Position numbers and translations under genes: made by a program. 64,000 nt of DNA from Dehalococcoidia bacterium (GTDB lineage Bacteria > Chloroflexota > Dehalococcoidia > Bin125), in assembly GCA_963663895.2 (NCBI GenBank), contig CAXXRD010000002.1:744484-808483 (forward strand), in the 5' to 3' direction. Shown here piece after piece: positions 52,941 through 62,529 of the stretch. The notes beneath the pieces are model-generated. The model had not been told where the DNA came from and did no database searches. It worked only from the letters and a program-made list of their open reading frames with translations. The stretch's first letter is position 1. Every line of letters begins with the position of its first letter.

Positions 52941-53234
52941 ATGGACGTGAAGGAAGCGGTGCGAATGGCGAAAGAGTACGTTGGCCAACTCTTCGCCGAC
53001 GAGGGGATCAAGAATGTTGGCCTCGAAGAGGTGGTGTTCGACGACGCGGCCGATGAATGGAAGATCACCATCGGTTTCTCCCGTCCCTGGGACCGGGCAG
53101 TTGGAACGGGCACCATGACTGCTGTGCTTGGTGGAGCGCGCTTGGAACGTTCCTATAAGGTCGTTCGCGTCGATGACAGTAACGGCAAAGTCAAGAAATT
53201 GATCACGGATCGTATCTTGAAGTTCTCCAACTGA
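52941..53234 (+). CDS. Hypothetical protein, putative PIN-toxin partner
   Basis: MDVKEAV...LEEV...WKITIGF...YKVV; lower GC; 4 bp upstream of the PIN gene. Confidence 0.75.
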   Translation: MDVKEAVRMAKEYVGQLFADEGIKNVGLEEVVFDDAADEWKITIGFSRPWDRAVGTGTMTAVLGGARLERSYKVVRVDDSNGKVKKLITDRILKFSN

Positions 53235-53238
53235 GCCG

Positions 53239-53700
53239 GTGGCCCCGGCCGGTTTCTTCATTGATGCGAATCTTCTCGTATTGCTCGTCGTGGGTAGCAC
53301 CGGGCGAGAATTAATCGCAAGACACCGTCGGCTGAGAGCATACAGAGCGGAAGATTACGATGCTCTGATCGATTTGATCGATCAGTTTGACCGGATACTA
53401 GTAACGCCAAACACTCTTACGGAGACGTCCAACCTGCTTGGTCAGCATAAAGACCCGGAGCGTTCACGCTTCTTCGAAACGCTCCGGGTCCTCATTCAAG
53501 AGAGCGAGGAGGTCGTCGTCGCCAGCGTGAAGGCTTCGCGTAACAGTGCGTTTGGACAGCTTGGGTTGACCGATGCGGCGCTTCTAGAGGTCGCCACAAA
53601 GGAGACGCCGTTGGTCACTGCGGACCTCGGCTTATACCTCGCGGCTCTGGAGAGAGAGGGAGAAGCCGCAGTGAACTTCACGCATCTTCGGGATCTATGA
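53239..53700 (+). CDS. PIN domain protein
   Basis: IDANLL, TPNTLTE, LGLTDA, LVTAD acidic tetrad. Confidence 0.88.
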   Translation: MAPAGFFIDANLLVLLVVGSTGRELIARHRRLRAYRAEDYDALIDLIDQFDRILVTPNTLTETSNLLGQHKDPERSRFFETLRVLIQESEEVVVASVKASRNSAFGQLGLTDAALLEVATKETPLVTADLGLYLAALEREGEAAVNFTHLRDL

Positions 53701-53841
53701 CTGGCCGTCGAGTCTGCTCGCTCTTTACTCTGGCCGCCAACGCTGCCGTTCCGATGCAGGTCGCCTCGGCGGAAAAGCTGTGCCTCTTCCACCGGCAGCA
53801 CCCGGCCTAGCGTGCTGGACTCCCGATAGGGAAAGCCTAAT

Positions 53842-54855
53842 CTACAGCACCTCGCAGGGTCCGCCGCGCCAGACCAAAGGTTTGTTGGTTTCAGCATCCA
53901 CGACGCCGTCTAGCTTGGGTGGATTATCGGGATCGGCGCAGGCTTGATCGAGCTGCGCCTGGGTCAAACTGGTAGTGCCGGCAAGGGAAGCCTCGGACAG
54001 ATTTGTCTCGGATAGGTTCGCGTAGCTGAGGTCTGTGTCGGTGAGCTTTGCCCTGGAGAGATCCGTGCCTGTGAGATTTGCGTCGAAGAGGTTCGCATTG
54101 GTAAGTGTCGCGAAGCTAAGCCTCGCACGGGTAAGATTTGCCCCCGAGAGTCGGGCGTCACTGAGATGCGCAATGTCGATTGTTGCGCCGATGAGTGTTG
54201 CATCAGTGAGGTCGGCGCCGTCAAGCGAGGCGCCCATAAGACGTACGCCAGCGAGATCTGCCCTATTCAGATCCAACTTGAAATTCGCTGTCCTTTCAAG
54301 GGCAGGCCGCTTTATCCAGCTAGTAGGTGTGGCGATCGCGGTCATGGCGGCCTGCACGTCTTCTCGTAGCCGAGGATGAGAAGTGGTCGGCTTCGGTTCC
54401 TCTTGAGTCGGATGGCGAACGAAAGCGCAAAGCCGGCTCATGATCTGGATGTGGTATCGCTCAGGCTCATCCTTCGCGAGGCGTTCGAGGGTGTAGATAC
54501 CATCCAGACGAACCGAGAGTTCTTCGCTGTTAAGCATATCGGCGCCTTGCTGGTAGAGCTGATTCGATAGGGTCCGCTGCGCCGTAGCGGCTTGGAGTTC
54601 CGCGACTCTGCTGCGCCAGAATGCAAGCCACAGCGCGATCACGCCGCCGGCGACCAAGCCGATATTGCGGATGGTGGTGCTGCCGGACTCGCCGCCAGTC
54701 ACCCAGTCCCGGAACACGGTCGAGATCACAACGAGAGCGATCAGCGAAGCTATTGCCAACAGGGAGACCGCGACTAGTGCCGTGAAACGGCGGCGGGCGA
54801 GCTTTAGCCGGTACCAGCGGCGACGAATGTTGCGTATCCAGTTGGCGCGGCTCAT
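53842..54855 (-). CDS. Membrane-anchored pentapeptide repeat protein
   Basis: Two TM helices, RLDGIYTLERLA, about 20 A(D/N)Lxx repeats; ATGA overlap with the upstream RM gene. Confidence 0.9.
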   Translation of the reverse strand: MSRANWIRNIRRRWYRLKLARRRFTALVAVSLLAIASLIALVVISTVFRDWVTGGESGSTTIRNIGLVAGGVIALWLAFWRSRVAELQAATAQRTLSNQLYQQGADMLNSEELSVRLDGIYTLERLAKDEPERYHIQIMSRLCAFVRHPTQEEPKPTTSHPRLREDVQAAMTAIATPTSWIKRPALERTANFKLDLNRADLAGVRLMGASLDGADLTDATLIGATIDIAHLSDARLSGANLTRARLSFATLTNANLFDANLTGTDLSRAKLTDTDLSYANLSETNLSEASLAGTTSLTQAQLDQACADPDNPPKLDGVVDAETNKPLVWRGGPCEVL

Positions 54856-57800
54856 CTACTACCCACCAGCTGCAGGATCGCGGCGATGCGGCGGGCGGTG
54901 TCGCTGAAGTGCTTGACCTCGTCGAATGTCAGCGGCCGGCCCAGGACCTTGTGCTCGCGGTAGGAGAGCCACTTCTTCAGCACCTGGTAGCCGCCGAGCT
55001 TGTAGCGCCAGACGGCGGCGGGGACGTTGCGCCAATAGGCGTGGTCGTTGAGGTAGACGTCGAACGCCGTCTCTCCCAGGGTGGAGCGCTCGGCGGCCCG
55101 GCCCTGGGCTGGCATCACCACCTTGCCTTGTCCGAAGTATCCCCAGCCCGCCGTCACCATGAAGTCGTCGCCGGCCATGTGGCGGCCGTCGCTGGTGGCG
55201 GGCACGGCGATGGCGGCGTTCTCCGGGCGCAGCGGAGGCTCGGTCACGCCGGGGACGGGGCGCTCCGGGTCCAGCAGCGCCGCCAGCTCCCGCCCGCGCG
55301 CCGCCGATGCCGCCAGCTCGTCCGCCGCGCCGGGCGCCTCCCCATCCGGCCAGCCCGGCAGGGGGATGCGGGGCCACTCCATGCGCAGCGCGCCCGCGTT
55401 GGTCTCCCGGTAGGCGGGGTCGTGCAGCACGGCCAGGACGTGGTGGAAGAGATCCTCCACGTCTAGGTCTAAACGTCGCAGATAGTTCTTCGCGGCGTCC
55501 GAGAGGTTGGGCGCGTTGTTCTGCTGTGCCGGCTCCGCGGTTCCGAGCGCGTCCGAGCGGAGCCAAGCGGGAAAGAAACTCGACAGCCCATTCCCGAAGT
55601 TGTCGGCGAGATCGCGACATAGAGTTCCACGCGAGAAATCTTCTCGGGCTTCTCTTTCTCGCGCCTCGATCCACAGATTTCCGTTGAACACGTGTGGCTT
55701 GTATTCGGCGCGCTTCTCATCGAGCAGTTTTGTGGCCGCCTCCCAGTAGAGCCAGCGAGTGTCGAAGGGACGGTAGGCGAAGCGGACGAAGCCGGCATCG
55801 TTCGGGCCGCCACGCGCCAGCAACTCGGCGCGCACCTGCCGCGCGTCGAACCGCGCCGTGCTCTGCATCACGCTCGGATAGCGCTGCGCGATCTCCTCGT
55901 GACTCAGATCCGGATCGAAGTACGCGGCCAGGCGCGCCTTGAGGCGATCGAGGCCGGTATCGACCAGGAACGGATCACGGCTGGTCTTGACGCCGGGAAA
56001 GTACTTTGGAAATAGGTCGGGCAGCGACGGCCAGCCGGACCAACCCTCGCCGGCCGCCATTGGCGTGAAGGGCAAGCCCAGCGGCATATCCGGCTTAATG
56101 GCATCGTAGAGCGCACTTGGCTCCGTCTCCGCCGTCGCCGTCAGATCCTCGCGCTTGGTATGGCCCCAGAGATGGCGGAAGCCGACGGCTGCGGCCGGGA
56201 CATGGTCGGCCTTGCGCACCAGCGTCGTGATGGCGGTGCCGACCTGGATGCCGACCGGGTCCTCCGGCGTCGAGAAGATGCTGGGGTCGGGCTCGCCGTC
56301 CGGGGTCGTCTTGCCGGTCTTGCGCTTGTCGCCGTTGAGGCAGTCGATGCGGATCGCGTCGAAGGCCTCCAGGTAGCGCTCGCGCATCCCGGTGAAGGAG
56401 AGGCCGTCCAGCCAGGAGTAGTTGGAGATGAAGCAGACCACGCCCCGGCCAGTCTTCTCGGCGATGCGCCGCTCGGCCATGCGGAAGAAGCGCACGTAGA
56501 GGTCGTTGAGCCCCTGGCCCTCGGGCCGCCGCACCCGCTGGACCGTGCGGTAGGCCTCGGTCAGCGCCCGCTCCTCCTCCACCGCCATGCCGGCGAAGCC
56601 GTTGTAGGGCGGGTTGCCCAGGATCACGAGGACGGGCGTCTCCCGCTTGACCCGCTCGGCGCGCTCGCGCTCCTCCTCCAGCTCGGGGAAGGGCAGCGGC
56701 TTCTGCGCCTTGGGCTCCCAGCCGGTGAGGGCGTTGGTGAGGAAGACGCCGGCCCGCTCTTCTTTTCCGGCTTGTCCGGCGGGGGCGTCCTCCGCCAGGG
56801 GCGCGTCCAGCTCCTGCATCGTCAGCCCCACTTGCAGGTGGGCGACCACGAAGGGGGCGGGCATGATCTCGAAGCCGAAGACGCGCTCCAGCGCCGCTTG
56901 CCTCACCCGCGCCCCGGTCAGCGCGCCCAGCCCCTGGCCCTCCAGGTTGGCGGCGATGCGGCGCAGCACCTCGGCCAGGTAGGCGCCGGTGCCGCAGCAG
57001 GGGTCGAGCACGTAGACATTCTCCTCCGCCAGCCCGCCGGGCAGGCCGAGGTCGTCCTTCAGCGCCCGGTCCACGCGGGCGACCATGTAGCGCACCACTT
57101 CGGCCGGGGTGTACCAGACGCCGAGCTGCTTGCGCAGGCCGGGATCGAAGGCCTCCAGGAAGGGCTCGTAGAAGTAGGGCACGGCCTCGCCCTCGTTGAA
57201 CTTGGCGAAGAAGGCGCCCCGGTCCACGCGGTCGAGCGCCGCCGCCGTCCAGTCCAGCACCTCGACCAGCCCCAGCGGCTGCAGGCGGCCGGGGTCCGAG
57301 ATCTGCTGGAAGAGCGCCCGCAGCACCGGCGCCCGCAGGTGCCAGACCGCTTCATGCCAGTTGAATCTGCCGGCCGGCGGCGGCGCGGCCCGCGCCCACA
57401 GCACCCAGGCGGAGAAGACGCCGTAGAAGAGCGTCTGCACCAGGGTCGATCGGAAGAAGGCGGCGCCCCGCTCGCCCTCGAAGCGCACGCCCAGCGCTTC
57501 TTCCAGGGCGGCGCGCACGGCGGCCAGCGATGATTCGTCGCCGGCCGCCTCAACGCGGGCCAGGCCGTCGCGGGCGTAGGAGGCGAGCAGCCAGGCCAGG
57601 TCCCTGGGCTCGGCCAGGGCGGCGCGGTGGGCCAGCGCCCGGCGCAGGTATTCGCCCAGGGCGGCGCCGCTCCGGCGGGCCAGGGCGCGCGGCTTCGCCA
57701 GCCGTGCCTCGAACTCCTCCGCGCTCTCCGCCAGGCGGAACGTCTCCAGCTTGGCCGGGCGGCCCGCCGCGTCCTCTCCCAGCAGGACGAAGTCGCGGGT

Positions 57801-58175
57801 GTTGGTGACCAGCACCAGGCGGTATAGCCCCCAGTACTTGCTCACCTGTTCAGCATCCGTCGTCAGCCAGGCGTCGTCATCGAGAGGCTTCATCTCGATC
57901 ACGCCGCGCTCGGGGAGTTGTCCCTGGCGCGGCTGGCCCTTCTGTATCTGCGTGGCGGCGTAGAGCCCGTAGTCGGGATGATCGGCGCCCTGGTCGGCGA
58001 GCTGGCTCACGCAGAAGACCTTGGGCTTGAGCGTGGCGCCCACGGCGTCGAGCAGGTTGGCCAGCGGCACGTAGTTGGACAGCTCCGGGGTGGCGCCGCC
58101 CGAGGCGCGCACCTGCCGCAGGGCGCTGAAGTAGTCCCCGGCGGCGCTCGTCAGCGAGGTATTGGTTGCCATCAT
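54852..58175 (-). CDS. Type IIG/Type ISP-like N6-adenine RM enzyme without helicase
   Basis: PDYG...IEMK nuclease-like motif, LGVWYTP, DPCCGTG, GNPPY, YRPFD, GGYQVLKKWLSYR ISP-type C-terminus. Confidence 0.9.
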   Translation of the reverse strand: MMATNTSLTSAAGDYFSALRQVRASGGATPELSNYVPLANLLDAVGATLKPKVFCVSQLADQGADHPDYGLYAATQIQKGQPRQGQLPERGVIEMKPLDDDAWLTTDAEQVSKYWGLYRLVLVTNTRDFVLLGEDAAGRPAKLETFRLAESAEEFEARLAKPRALARRSGAALGEYLRRALAHRAALAEPRDLAWLLASYARDGLARVEAAGDESSLAAVRAALEEALGVRFEGERGAAFFRSTLVQTLFYGVFSAWVLWARAAPPPAGRFNWHEAVWHLRAPVLRALFQQISDPGRLQPLGLVEVLDWTAAALDRVDRGAFFAKFNEGEAVPYFYEPFLEAFDPGLRKQLGVWYTPAEVVRYMVARVDRALKDDLGLPGGLAEENVYVLDPCCGTGAYLAEVLRRIAANLEGQGLGALTGARVRQAALERVFGFEIMPAPFVVAHLQVGLTMQELDAPLAEDAPAGQAGKEERAGVFLTNALTGWEPKAQKPLPFPELEEERERAERVKRETPVLVILGNPPYNGFAGMAVEEERALTEAYRTVQRVRRPEGQGLNDLYVRFFRMAERRIAEKTGRGVVCFISNYSWLDGLSFTGMRERYLEAFDAIRIDCLNGDKRKTGKTTPDGEPDPSIFSTPEDPVGIQVGTAITTLVRKADHVPAAAVGFRHLWGHTKREDLTATAETEPSALYDAIKPDMPLGLPFTPMAAGEGWSGWPSLPDLFPKYFPGVKTSRDPFLVDTGLDRLKARLAAYFDPDLSHEEIAQRYPSVMQSTARFDARQVRAELLARGGPNDAGFVRFAYRPFDTRWLYWEAATKLLDEKRAEYKPHVFNGNLWIEAREREAREDFSRGTLCRDLADNFGNGLSSFFPAWLRSDALGTAEPAQQNNAPNLSDAAKNYLRRLDLDVEDLFHHVLAVLHDPAYRETNAGALRMEWPRIPLPGWPDGEAPGAADELAASAARGRELAALLDPERPVPGVTEPPLRPENAAIAVPATSDGRHMAGDDFMVTAGWGYFGQGKVVMPAQGRAAERSTLGETAFDVYLNDHAYWRNVPAAVWRYKLGGYQVLKKWLSYREHKVLGRPLTFDEVKHFSDTARRIAAILQLVGSR

Positions 58176-58230
58176 CCCTTACGTTGCGGCCAGAAGGGCG
58201 CGGGGCGCAAGCCCCTCGCGGGCCGGGGGA

Positions 58231-61200
58231 TCAAGCCACGGGCACGGCGGCGGGCAGCGCCTCGATGGCGGCCGAGCCGTGGGGGCCGAGCGTCTCGCCC
58301 AGCCGCGCGATCAGGGCGTGGGCGCCGTTGCACTTGGGCAGGGCCAGGGTGACGTGCTCGCCGATGCCGTCCACGGTGAGGAAGGTCTCGACCGTCCCCG
58401 GCGACTCCCGTACGAGGCGCATCGTCTCGTGCAGCCGCTGCTGGTCGGCCGCGGGGTCGTCCGTCTCCTGCAAGCGGATGTGCAGCGTGGGGGCGGCCTC
58501 GCCGGGGCGCGCGGGCTCGGCCGCGGGCACGAAGGCGGCCGGCGCCGGCTCCGCGGTCGCCAGCGGGGGCGGCGCGGCCGCTGCGGGGGCGGGCGCCTCC
58601 GGGGGGGCGGCTTCTGGAGTGGGGGCTTGCGGGGCGGGGGCGGCGCCCGGCTCGCGCTCCACGGCCTCCGGGGCGGCGGCGGCCTGCGCGGCGGGCGGGG
58701 AGGCGTGGGCGCCTCCGTTCCTCGGCGGCAGGGACGCGGGCGCCGCGCCGCCTTGCAGGCCGCCGCCGGCGGGCGCCTCGACGTACTGCGTCACCTCGTC
58801 CACCGCCACCGTGAGCCGCTCGCCGCGCGCCCGCACCTTGGCGTGCAGGAGGACGATCGAGCCCTTGCTCCAGATCTCGCGCGTGCGGGCGTACTGCTCC
58901 GGCCAGACCGTCACCTCGACGGCGCCCGAGAGGTCCTCCACCAGCACGGCCGCGAAGGGGTCGCCCTTCTTCGTGGTGAGCGGGCGGATGATGTCGACCA
59001 TGCCCGCCAGGACGATCTCCTGGCCGTCGAGCTCGTCGCCCACCTCGGCGGCCTGGACGGTGACCTCGGCGGCGAGGTCGGCGGCGGCGCGCTGGAAAGG
59101 GTGGGCGGAGAGGTAGGCGCCCAGCAGATCCTTCTCCCAGTGCAACTCCTCGGCGCTGGTGGTGCCGGCCTCCTCCAGATCGAGATCGGGGCGCGGCGTC
59201 TCCACCTCCTCGCCGAAGAGGTCGAACATCGTCGTCTGGCCGCTGGCGCGCAGATCCTGCTCCCGCTGGGCGCGGCGCACGATGCGGTCGATCCCGGCCA
59301 GCGCCGCCCCGCGGCTGCTGAGCGCGTCGAGGGCGCCGGCCTTGATCAGGCTCTCCAGGGCGCGCTTGTTGAGGGCGCGCAGGTCGGCGCGGCGGCAGAA
59401 GTCCTCCAGCGAGGCGAAGGGGCCGCCCTTGTCGCGCTCGGCCACCACCAGATCGATCGCGCCCCGCCCCACGTTCTTGATGTTGGCCAGCCCGAAGCGG
59501 ATGGCGAGGCGCCCGGCCTCGTCCCGCTCCACGTTGAACTGGGCCTGCGAGCGGTTGATGTCGGGGGGCAGGACCCGGAGCCCCAACCGGGCGCACTCCG
59601 CGATCGCCAGCCCCACCCGGTCCGCGTCGCCGGCCTCGCGGCGCAGGATGGCGGTCATGTAGGGCGCGGGGTAGTGCGCCTTCAGGTAGGCGGTCTGGTA
59701 GGCGATCGTGCCGTAGCAGACGGCGTGGGCCTTGTTGAAAGCGTATCCGGCGAAGGGCTCGATCAGCTCGAACACCGTGGTGGCGTCGGCGTCGCCGTAG
59801 CCCAGCTCGCGGGCGCCCTGGGTGAAGCGCCCGCGCTCGGCCTGCATCACCTCGGGGATCTTCTTGCCCATGGCCTTGCGCATGATGTCGGCCTGGCCCA
59901 GGGAGTAGCCGGCGAACTTGCGGGCGATGTGGAGCACCTGGTCCTGGTAGACGATCACGCCGTGGGTCTCGTCCAGGATCGCCGCCAGGTCGGGGTGCGG
60001 GTAGGCGATCGGCTCGCGGCCGTGGCGGGCGGCGATGTAGCGGGGGATGTGCTCCATCGGCCCGGGGCGGTAGAGCGCCACCATGGCCGCCAGGTCCGCG
60101 ATCCGCGCGGGCTGCAGCTCCTGCACGTAGCGCCGCATCCCGGAGGACTCCAGCTGGAAGACGCCGAAGGTCTCCCCGCGCGAGAGCAGGGCGAAGGTCG
60201 CGGCGTCCTCGTCCGCGAGCTGCTGGTAGTCGACTTCCTCGCCGGTCAGGTCGCGCACCAGCTGCGCGCAGGTCTCTAGGACCGTGAGGTTGCTGAGGCC
60301 CAGCAGGTCCATCTTGAGCAGCCCGACCGCGGCGCACTGGTTCATCGCCCACTGCGTCATGGGGATGGCGTCGTCCTCGCCGCGCACCGGCCGCTGCAGG
60401 GGCACGTTCTCCACCAGGGGCTCGCGCGCGATCACCACGCCGGCGGCGTGCGTGCCCGCGTGCCGGGCCACGCCCTCGAGGCTGCGGGCGGTGTCGTAGA
60501 GGCGGCGGACGTCGGGGTCGGAATCGTAGCGCTCGCGCAGCTCGGCGTTGCCCGCCAGCGCCTGATCCAGGGTGATGTTGAGCTGGTTCGGGATCAGCCG
60601 CGCGATCCGGTCCGCCTCCGGGAAGCTGAAGCCCAGCGCCCGGCCGGTGTCGCGAATGGCGGCCTTGGCGCCCAGCGTCCCGAAGGTGATGATCTGGGCG
60701 ACGCGATCGCGGCCGTACTTGTCGGCGACGTGGCGGATCACCTCGTCGCGCCGGTCGTCGGCGAAGTCCATGTCGATGTCGGGCATCTCGCGGCGCTCGC
60801 GGTTGAGGAAGCGCTCGAACACGAGCCTGTAGCGCAGGGGGTCGATGTCGGTGATGCCGAGGACGTAGAGGATGATGCTGGCGGCGGCGCTGCCCCGCAC
60901 GCCCATCGCGATCCGCCGCTCGTGCGCGAACTGCGCGATCTCGCGCACGATCAGGAAGTACTCGGCGAAGCCCGTCTCCTGCACGACCTCCAACTCGTAG
61001 TCGAGCCGGGCGGCCACCTCGCCCCCCGGCTCGCCGTAGCGCTCGGCCACTCCGGCGCGGGCCAGCGCCGCCAGATGCTCCATCGCCGTCGCCCCGGTCG
61101 GCAGGGAGGGCTCCGGCAGCTGCAGCCGGCCGAACTCCAGTGAGACGTCGCAGCGCCCGGCGATCGTGGTCGTGTTCGCCAGCGCCTCCGGCAGCTCCGG

Positions 61201-61956
61201 GAAGCGCTCCTCCATCTCGGCCTCGCTGGTCAGGTAGAAGTCGGAGCCGTCCAGCTTGAAGCGGTCCGCCTGGTCGATCGTCGCGTTCGTGCCGATGCAG
61301 AGCAGCACCTCGTGCGAGTGCGCGTCGGAGGGGTTGCAGTAGTGGGAGTCGTGCGTCGCCACCAGGGGCAGGGCCAGCTCATGCGCCAGGTCCACGGTCT
61401 GCCCGATCACGGGCGTGAACTGGGGGTCGTGGTGGTTCTGCACTTCCAGGTAGTAGCGGTCGCCGAAGGTCTCGCGGTACCAGCCCGCGATCTGGCGCGC
61501 GTCCTCGCCTCGCCCCTCCTGCAGGGCGCGGTGCAGCTCGCTCGACGGGCAGCCCGAGAGCACGATCAGGCCCTCGCTGTGCTGCGCCAGCAGCTCGCGG
61601 TCGACGCGGGCGTTGTAGTAGAAGCCGTCCAGATGGGCCTTGGTGGCGAGCGTTACGAGGTTGTGCCAGCCCCGGTCGTTCTGCGCCAGCAGGGTCAGGT
61701 GCGTGGTGCTCTGGCGGGCGGCCGCGTCCCGATCGCGGTGGCTCTCCCCGGCGACGTAGGCCTCCATGCCGAGCACGGGGTGCAGCCCGGCCGCCTTGGC
61801 GGCCTGGTAGAAATCGATGGCCCCGTAGAGGTTGCCGTGATCGGTGATCGCGATCGCCTCTTGGCCAAGGGTCCGCGCCCGCTCCATGAGCGCGGGAATC
61901 TTGGAGAGGCCGTCCAGCAGGCTGAACTCCGTGTGCGTGTGCAGGTGCGTGAACAT
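58231..61956 (-). CDS. dnaE: DNA polymerase III alpha subunit
   Basis: PHP HLHTHTEFSLLDG, GVRGSAA, PDIDMD, YAFNKAH, OB fold. Confidence 0.98.
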   Translation of the reverse strand: MFTHLHTHTEFSLLDGLSKIPALMERARTLGQEAIAITDHGNLYGAIDFYQAAKAAGLHPVLGMEAYVAGESHRDRDAAARQSTTHLTLLAQNDRGWHNLVTLATKAHLDGFYYNARVDRELLAQHSEGLIVLSGCPSSELHRALQEGRGEDARQIAGWYRETFGDRYYLEVQNHHDPQFTPVIGQTVDLAHELALPLVATHDSHYCNPSDAHSHEVLLCIGTNATIDQADRFKLDGSDFYLTSEAEMEERFPELPEALANTTTIAGRCDVSLEFGRLQLPEPSLPTGATAMEHLAALARAGVAERYGEPGGEVAARLDYELEVVQETGFAEYFLIVREIAQFAHERRIAMGVRGSAAASIILYVLGITDIDPLRYRLVFERFLNRERREMPDIDMDFADDRRDEVIRHVADKYGRDRVAQIITFGTLGAKAAIRDTGRALGFSFPEADRIARLIPNQLNITLDQALAGNAELRERYDSDPDVRRLYDTARSLEGVARHAGTHAAGVVIAREPLVENVPLQRPVRGEDDAIPMTQWAMNQCAAVGLLKMDLLGLSNLTVLETCAQLVRDLTGEEVDYQQLADEDAATFALLSRGETFGVFQLESSGMRRYVQELQPARIADLAAMVALYRPGPMEHIPRYIAARHGREPIAYPHPDLAAILDETHGVIVYQDQVLHIARKFAGYSLGQADIMRKAMGKKIPEVMQAERGRFTQGARELGYGDADATTVFELIEPFAGYAFNKAHAVCYGTIAYQTAYLKAHYPAPYMTAILRREAGDADRVGLAIAECARLGLRVLPPDINRSQAQFNVERDEAGRLAIRFGLANIKNVGRGAIDLVVAERDKGGPFASLEDFCRRADLRALNKRALESLIKAGALDALSSRGAALAGIDRIVRRAQREQDLRASGQTTMFDLFGEEVETPRPDLDLEEAGTTSAEELHWEKDLLGAYLSAHPFQRAAADLAAEVTVQAAEVGDELDGQEIVLAGMVDIIRPLTTKKGDPFAAVLVEDLSGAVEVTVWPEQYARTREIWSKGSIVLLHAKVRARGERLTVAVDEVTQYVEAPAGGGLQGGAAPASLPPRNGGAHASPPAAQAAAAPEAVEREPGAAPAPQAPTPEAAPPEAPAPAAAAPPPLATAEPAPAAFVPAAEPARPGEAAPTLHIRLQETDDPAADQQRLHETMRLVRESPGTVETFLTVDGIGEHVTLALPKCNGAHALIARLGETLGPHGSAAIEALPAAVPVA

Positions 61957-62028
61957 GGGTTCGACGCGAGTGTAGCCAAGGCGCCGGGGTAATGCGGGCG
62001 CTTGTTCCGTCTTCTAGCGGCGCCGGAC

Positions 62029-62529
62029 TCAGTCGCGGGAGGTTTCGACCGGCTCGTCGAGCTGGAACGCGGCGTGCAGCACGCGCACCGCCGCCTCGCC
62101 GCTGGCGTCGGCCACCAGCGCCGTGATGCGGATATCCGAGGTCGTGATCAGCTGGATATTGATCGTGGCGTCCGCGAGGGCGCGGAACATCGTGGCCGCG
62201 TAGCCCGGCGCCGTCTGCATCCCCGTCCCGACGATGCTGACCTTGGCCATGTGATGATCGGCGATCACCTCGGCGGCGCCGATCGTGCGCGCCACCGGCT
62301 CCACGATCTCCTGCGCCCGGCGCCAGTCGTCCTGGGCGACGCTGAACGTGAGGTCGGTGAGGCGCTCGACGCTGGCGTTCTGCACGATCGTGTCGACGGA
62401 GATCGCCGCGTCCGCCAGCGGGCCGAACAGCTGCGCGGCGATGCCGGGGCGGTCCGGCACGGCGCGCACGGTGACCGCCGCCACGTCGCGGTCCAGCGCG
62501 ATTCCGCGCACCCTGTTCGTCGGTTCCAT
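62029..62529 (-). CDS. Nested aspartate kinase beta subunit (in-frame internal start)
   Basis: ATG of MEPTNRV preceded by AGAAGGCAGGT, built from rare AGA/AGG codons, at the ACT domain boundary. Confidence 0.7.
   Translation of the reverse strand: MEPTNRVRGIALDRDVAAVTVRAVPDRPGIAAQLFGPLADAAISVDTIVQNASVERLTDLTFSVAQDDWRRAQEIVEPVARTIGAAEVIADHHMAKVSIVGTGMQTAPGYAATMFRALADATINIQLITTSDIRITALVADASGEAAVRVLHAAFQLDEPVETSRD

Noticed and set aside
58162-60352. 705-aa and 726-aa alternative-frame ORFs over dnaE
   Set aside because: Stop-poor frames in very high-GC sequence; no motifs and no RBS
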